Assembly (NCBI GenBank): GCA_010356995.1
Contig: ML996705.1
Span: forward strand, 558,001 to 622,000
Source: Trichodelitschia bisporula
Lineage: Eukaryota
DNA: 64,000 nt
Direction of reading: 5' to 3'
A program made the translations under genes and the position numbers. A model generated the notes under the pieces. The model was given only the letters and a program-made list of their open reading frames with translations, had not been told where the DNA came from and did not search any database. Positions 60,497 to 64,000 of the stretch are shown piece by piece (position 1 is the stretch's first letter; the number at the start of each line of letters is the position of its first letter).

Positions 60497-61906
60497 CTAA
60501 AGCTCATCATCCTCCTCCTCATCCTCCCGCCCCATCTCACTCGACAAAATCACCCCCTTCCCCCCCCCAGGCGGCAGCGGAATCCGCCACCCCACCAAAC
60601 TCTGCGGCAACGCCCCCCTCCCCTCCCCCAGCAAACTATCCTGGCTCCACCACCACGCCTCCCCTTCTGCTCTCCCAGCCCCAGTCCCTCCAGTCCCACC
60701 CGTAGACTGCGGCGCACTCGACGGCAACTCCTCGCCCTCGGTCTCCGTCTGCGAGGGCGGCGGTGAGTGGGCCGAGGGCGGGCGAGTAGAGCCTGGGTTC
60801 GTGGGCAGCGGGTGAGTGGAGAAGAAACTCGACCTCGGCGCACTCGACGGCGGATAGCTCGGATACCGCGGACTCGCACCCCCCTCCTCCTTCACCGGGC
60901 TCGGCCCTAGATCCGGGACCTGCGACTCCTGGAACCCGGTATCTCGCGCCCTATGTCTAGCCAAATAACTCATCTCCGTCTCGAGCTGCGAGTCTGGCTG
61001 GGAGTCCCAGAACGGGCCCCTCGGCCTGCCGAGCTCATTCCTTCCGAGCTCGTTCCTTGTCAGCTCGTTCCTTGCATGCTCGTACCTCGCAAGCTCGTCC
61101 CTCACTCGCCGCGGCGAGGGCGAGAGGTCCAGCGGTGGTGCTTCGGGGGACACGGAGCTGGGTACTGGGGGGCGGGATGAGAAGGGTGGGGTGCGGGGGG
61201 GTGGGAGCGTGTGTTGCGTCATGAAGAGGGGGGATTCGGTTGCGGCCTGGAGGGCTGCGGTGGCTTGGGTTGCTTCGCCGTTTTGGCCGAGGCCGATGTT
61301 GAAGCGGTCGAGGGGGGGTGGGGGGTAGGATTCTTCGTGCGAGTGGTGCGTTTCGTGCTCGTCGTGCTCCTCGTTGTGCTCCTCCTCGAGGTCCTCGTGC
61401 TCCTCATGCTCCTCGGCATGCTCCTCGTCGTGCGCCATCTCGTGGTCCTTGTTGTGGTCCATGTCGTGCTCCTCGTCGTGCTCCTCGTCGTGCTCCTCGT
61501 CATGCTCTTTCTCACGTTCCTCCCCGTGAACCTCCTCGCGCTCCCGGCCGAGGTGGCCATTAAACCGGGCCGGCGAGGCAGGGCGATACAACGAAAATTT
61601 ACCACGGTCCTTGTCCCCTGCTTCCGAGGGTGAGGATGAAGGTATTTCGGGAAGCTCTATCCAGGCCATTTGCGTAAGGGTAGTTTGATCGAGGGCCTTT
61701 TTGGGCGGGCGGGGGAGCCGGGCGGGTTGTGGTGAAGAGGGCCGGGCGAGACGTCGTGGCTGAACGAAGGGGAGTTGAGTTAGAGTTGATTGTGCTAGAT
61801 CACGGTCGCGCTTTTTAGGTTTGCGTCGCTGGGCGGTGGTGGGTGGTGTGTCGTTCTCGTCGTCGCCGGTGGTGGGGAGGGCGGCGCGCTTGCGCTTTGG
61901 GGCCAT
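60497..61906 (-). CDS. Disordered, probably nuclear hypothetical protein with QxTLTQ motifs and (EEHD)n tract
   Basis: MAPKRKR NLS-like start at 61906, QSTLTQ and QTTLTQ, His/Glu/Asp repeats, SQ/TQ-rich C-terminal half. Confidence 0.7.
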   Translation of the reverse strand: MAPKRKRAALPTTGDDENDTPPTTAQRRKPKKRDRDLAQSTLTQLPFVQPRRLARPSSPQPARLPRPPKKALDQTTLTQMAWIELPEIPSSSPSEAGDKDRGKFSLYRPASPARFNGHLGREREEVHGEEREKEHDEEHDEEHDEEHDMDHNKDHEMAHDEEHAEEHEEHEDLEEEHNEEHDEHETHHSHEESYPPPPLDRFNIGLGQNGEATQATAALQAATESPLFMTQHTLPPPRTPPFSSRPPVPSSVSPEAPPLDLSPSPRRVRDELARYEHARNELTRNELGRNELGRPRGPFWDSQPDSQLETEMSYLARHRARDTGFQESQVPDLGPSPVKEEGGASPRYPSYPPSSAPRSSFFSTHPLPTNPGSTRPPSAHSPPPSQTETEGEELPSSAPQSTGGTGGTGAGRAEGEAWWWSQDSLLGEGRGALPQSLVGWRIPLPPGGGKGVILSSEMGREDEEEDDEL

Positions 61907-62699
61907 GGTTAATATGGTGGTGGGATGCGGCGATACCGGAGTAGGAGATTCAGGTCCAGTTGTGTTAGACGAGGTCGATGGGCAGGGCCGGTGTGAGAGG
62001 CTACACTGTTTGGTGTGACTACTGTGCTGCACTGGAGCTGACATTGATATGAATGAAATGGATTTGAGGTCGTTGGGACGCGCGCCGCGATTGGTCGTGC
62101 GCGTCTCGCGTGGCGCGTGTGCACGTGGCACTGAGGGCTAGGCACATGGAGAGTTGGGGTTTGGGAGGCATAAGATAGGGAAGGAGGTGTTTGGATTTAT
62201 TGAATATGCTTTTGAATGCTTTTTGTGTGGTTTGGCTGGTCTTGTTTGGGGAGATTTTGTTGTGTGTGTTCTCTTGCTGTTTTGGGCGCCAAGTGGGCTC
62301 CGTCGCGGCAAGGCTGATGGATCGGGGACGACAGATCGTGCATTGCGTTGGGGAGTTTGGGCTCAGCCTGCGGGCTGGGAGGAGGGCTTGCTGATATTTA
62401 TTAGAATATACTTCAGTAGTGGGGATGGTTTCCCTTCGTCTTTTGGGCCTTGTCATGATGGGTAGACAGAGATTTCTTGTTAGGCAAATGTCGTCGTGGG
62501 GGGCATCCTCTGCCTTGCGTTCGGCTACAGTGGAGGAATATCCGCATATGGCACACTAGTTTACTACTCATACACTTTATTACTTGCACAGAGACTAAAA
62601 GTACAACGTTTTGACAGTTCGCTCATACATCACTTCCGCTTTCCTCCCCCAAGTCCGGCAAGGGGCCTACCTTTTTAGGCGGGGGTCAGACCCCTTACC

Positions 62700-64000
62700 A
62701 GGCTTCTACTCCGTCTCCGGTTTCTTAAGCCCAAGCATGACCTCCAGGTCATTGCTTAAGGCAGAAATTTCCTCGTTCATCCAACCATATGAGCTCGCAG
62801 CGGGATACGTAATCTCAGATTAGACTCTGCCGTAAAGAACAGCAAACCGGTCATTTATGACCCGTTGCTGAGCCTGGGGTTTAATTCTGCCCCCATTCAT
62901 GAACGGTGCGATTTTTTTGATAAAGTTGAAGGGTATTTTCCTTCCGTTGGGCGACCGTAAGGACTTGCGAGCCAGAAGGCAGCGACCGGCCATCTTCACA
63001 GCCAGCCTTATTTGCATCGCTGACTATCTTCATCAAGAGCCGGCGAGCGTTGTACAAATTGCCGCTAGCATCCTCGAAGGCCTTGCTCGCATTATTGCTC
63101 CTAAGCGCCTGCTGCATGATTTGTTTTATGTCGTTGAGTATTTTCGATGCCTCTCGGCACCGGACTTGCTCATCCTGGACCGTCCCTGCCAGTCGCTTGC
63201 TGAGATTCTCCTTTAGGGCAGCTGTCTTCTGCTGGGCCTCCGTCGGCGGTTTAAAGACAGGCCCCTTACGCTTCTTATGCCTATTTCCCTTTCCCTGGTG
63301 GGGCGTCTGTTGGAGAGATGACTGAGGCGGTGCCGAGCTCGGGCCGCTGCTCCACCCGCTCGCGCCCAACCCCCTGAGGGAGCTGGCGAGCTATGTGGAG
63401 AAGCAGCCGACGGAGTTTCCACCGGAGCAGGCTCGGAGCGCGAGAGTGCTGGAGGCGGAGCAGAGTGAACAGCGGGAGCAGTCTGGCTCCACCTGCTCTG
63501 GCCCAACCCCCCTGAGGGAGCCGGCGAGCGAGCCGGAGTCGCAGCCCGGGATGTTTGCCGAAACGCGCGCTTGGACGCCCACTGGGGTTTAGTGAGACCG
63601 CGGGAAGGAGCAGGTGTTGAAGAGGTTTTCAGCCTCTTACACATCTCAAACTTCTTCTCAGGGTTCATCGTGTGCTTGCTGCCCGCCAGCTGTGCTGGGG
63701 GAGTGCGAGTCTGACGGGCGGGGTCGGCCGTCTGTGAGGCGGTAGTGGGAGTTGGGGGGGCAGGGGCGGGGTCGGCCGTCTCAATGGCGGGAGCGGTCGT
63801 CCGAGGGGCGGGGGCGGGGGCGGCCGTCTCAAGAGCGGGAGCGGACGTTTGAGGGTCGGGGGCGGGTACTGTTATGTCGGGGGCAAGTGTCTGAGCAGTA
63901 GTCGCGGCGTTATTGGCAGCGGAAGCTGGCGTCCGAGCGGTGGTAACCGGGTCGTACAGCCACTTCCCCAGCTTCGGCTTGGCTGAGGGCGCCGGTGCAG
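62700..64000 (-). pseudogene. 3' part of a Pro/Ala/Thr-rich gene entering from the right edge, frameshifted or decayed
   Basis: Frame open from 63998 to 63213; continuation needs indels at homopolymers (about 63370 and 62915) and crosses TAA/TAG stops. Confidence 0.5.

Overview
Eukaryotic, GC-rich filamentous ascomycete (Pezizomycotina, Dothideomycete-like) DNA with short GT-AG introns (CTAAC/CTGAC branch points) and two small assembly gaps. Recognisable genes in order: PTH11-like membrane protein, F-box-like protein, Slm1-like BAR-PH protein, Zds1, GEM1 (Miro), creC, a creD-like arrestin, CHS7, an intronless bacterial-type CE8 pectinesterase, two hypotheticals, a decayed PNP_UDP-NB-ARC-TPR NLR, small membrane, GPI and mitochondrial proteins, tRNA-Trp, Tco89-like, a GT32-like glycosyltransferase, a divergent pair of secreted repeat proteins, an AlkB-type dioxygenase, COQ5, a disordered nuclear protein and a frameshifted relic at the right edge. 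Top observations: (1) a Kex2-type precursor that would release seven peptides each starting HGPDGDDDH; (2) an intron-containing tRNA-Met gene inside a spliceosomal intron of creC; (3) creC next to a creD-like gene; (4) the HGT-like pectinesterase; (5) a strong 5' C-rich to 3' G-rich gradient inside genes. All calls come from reading motifs by eye; no database searches were run.
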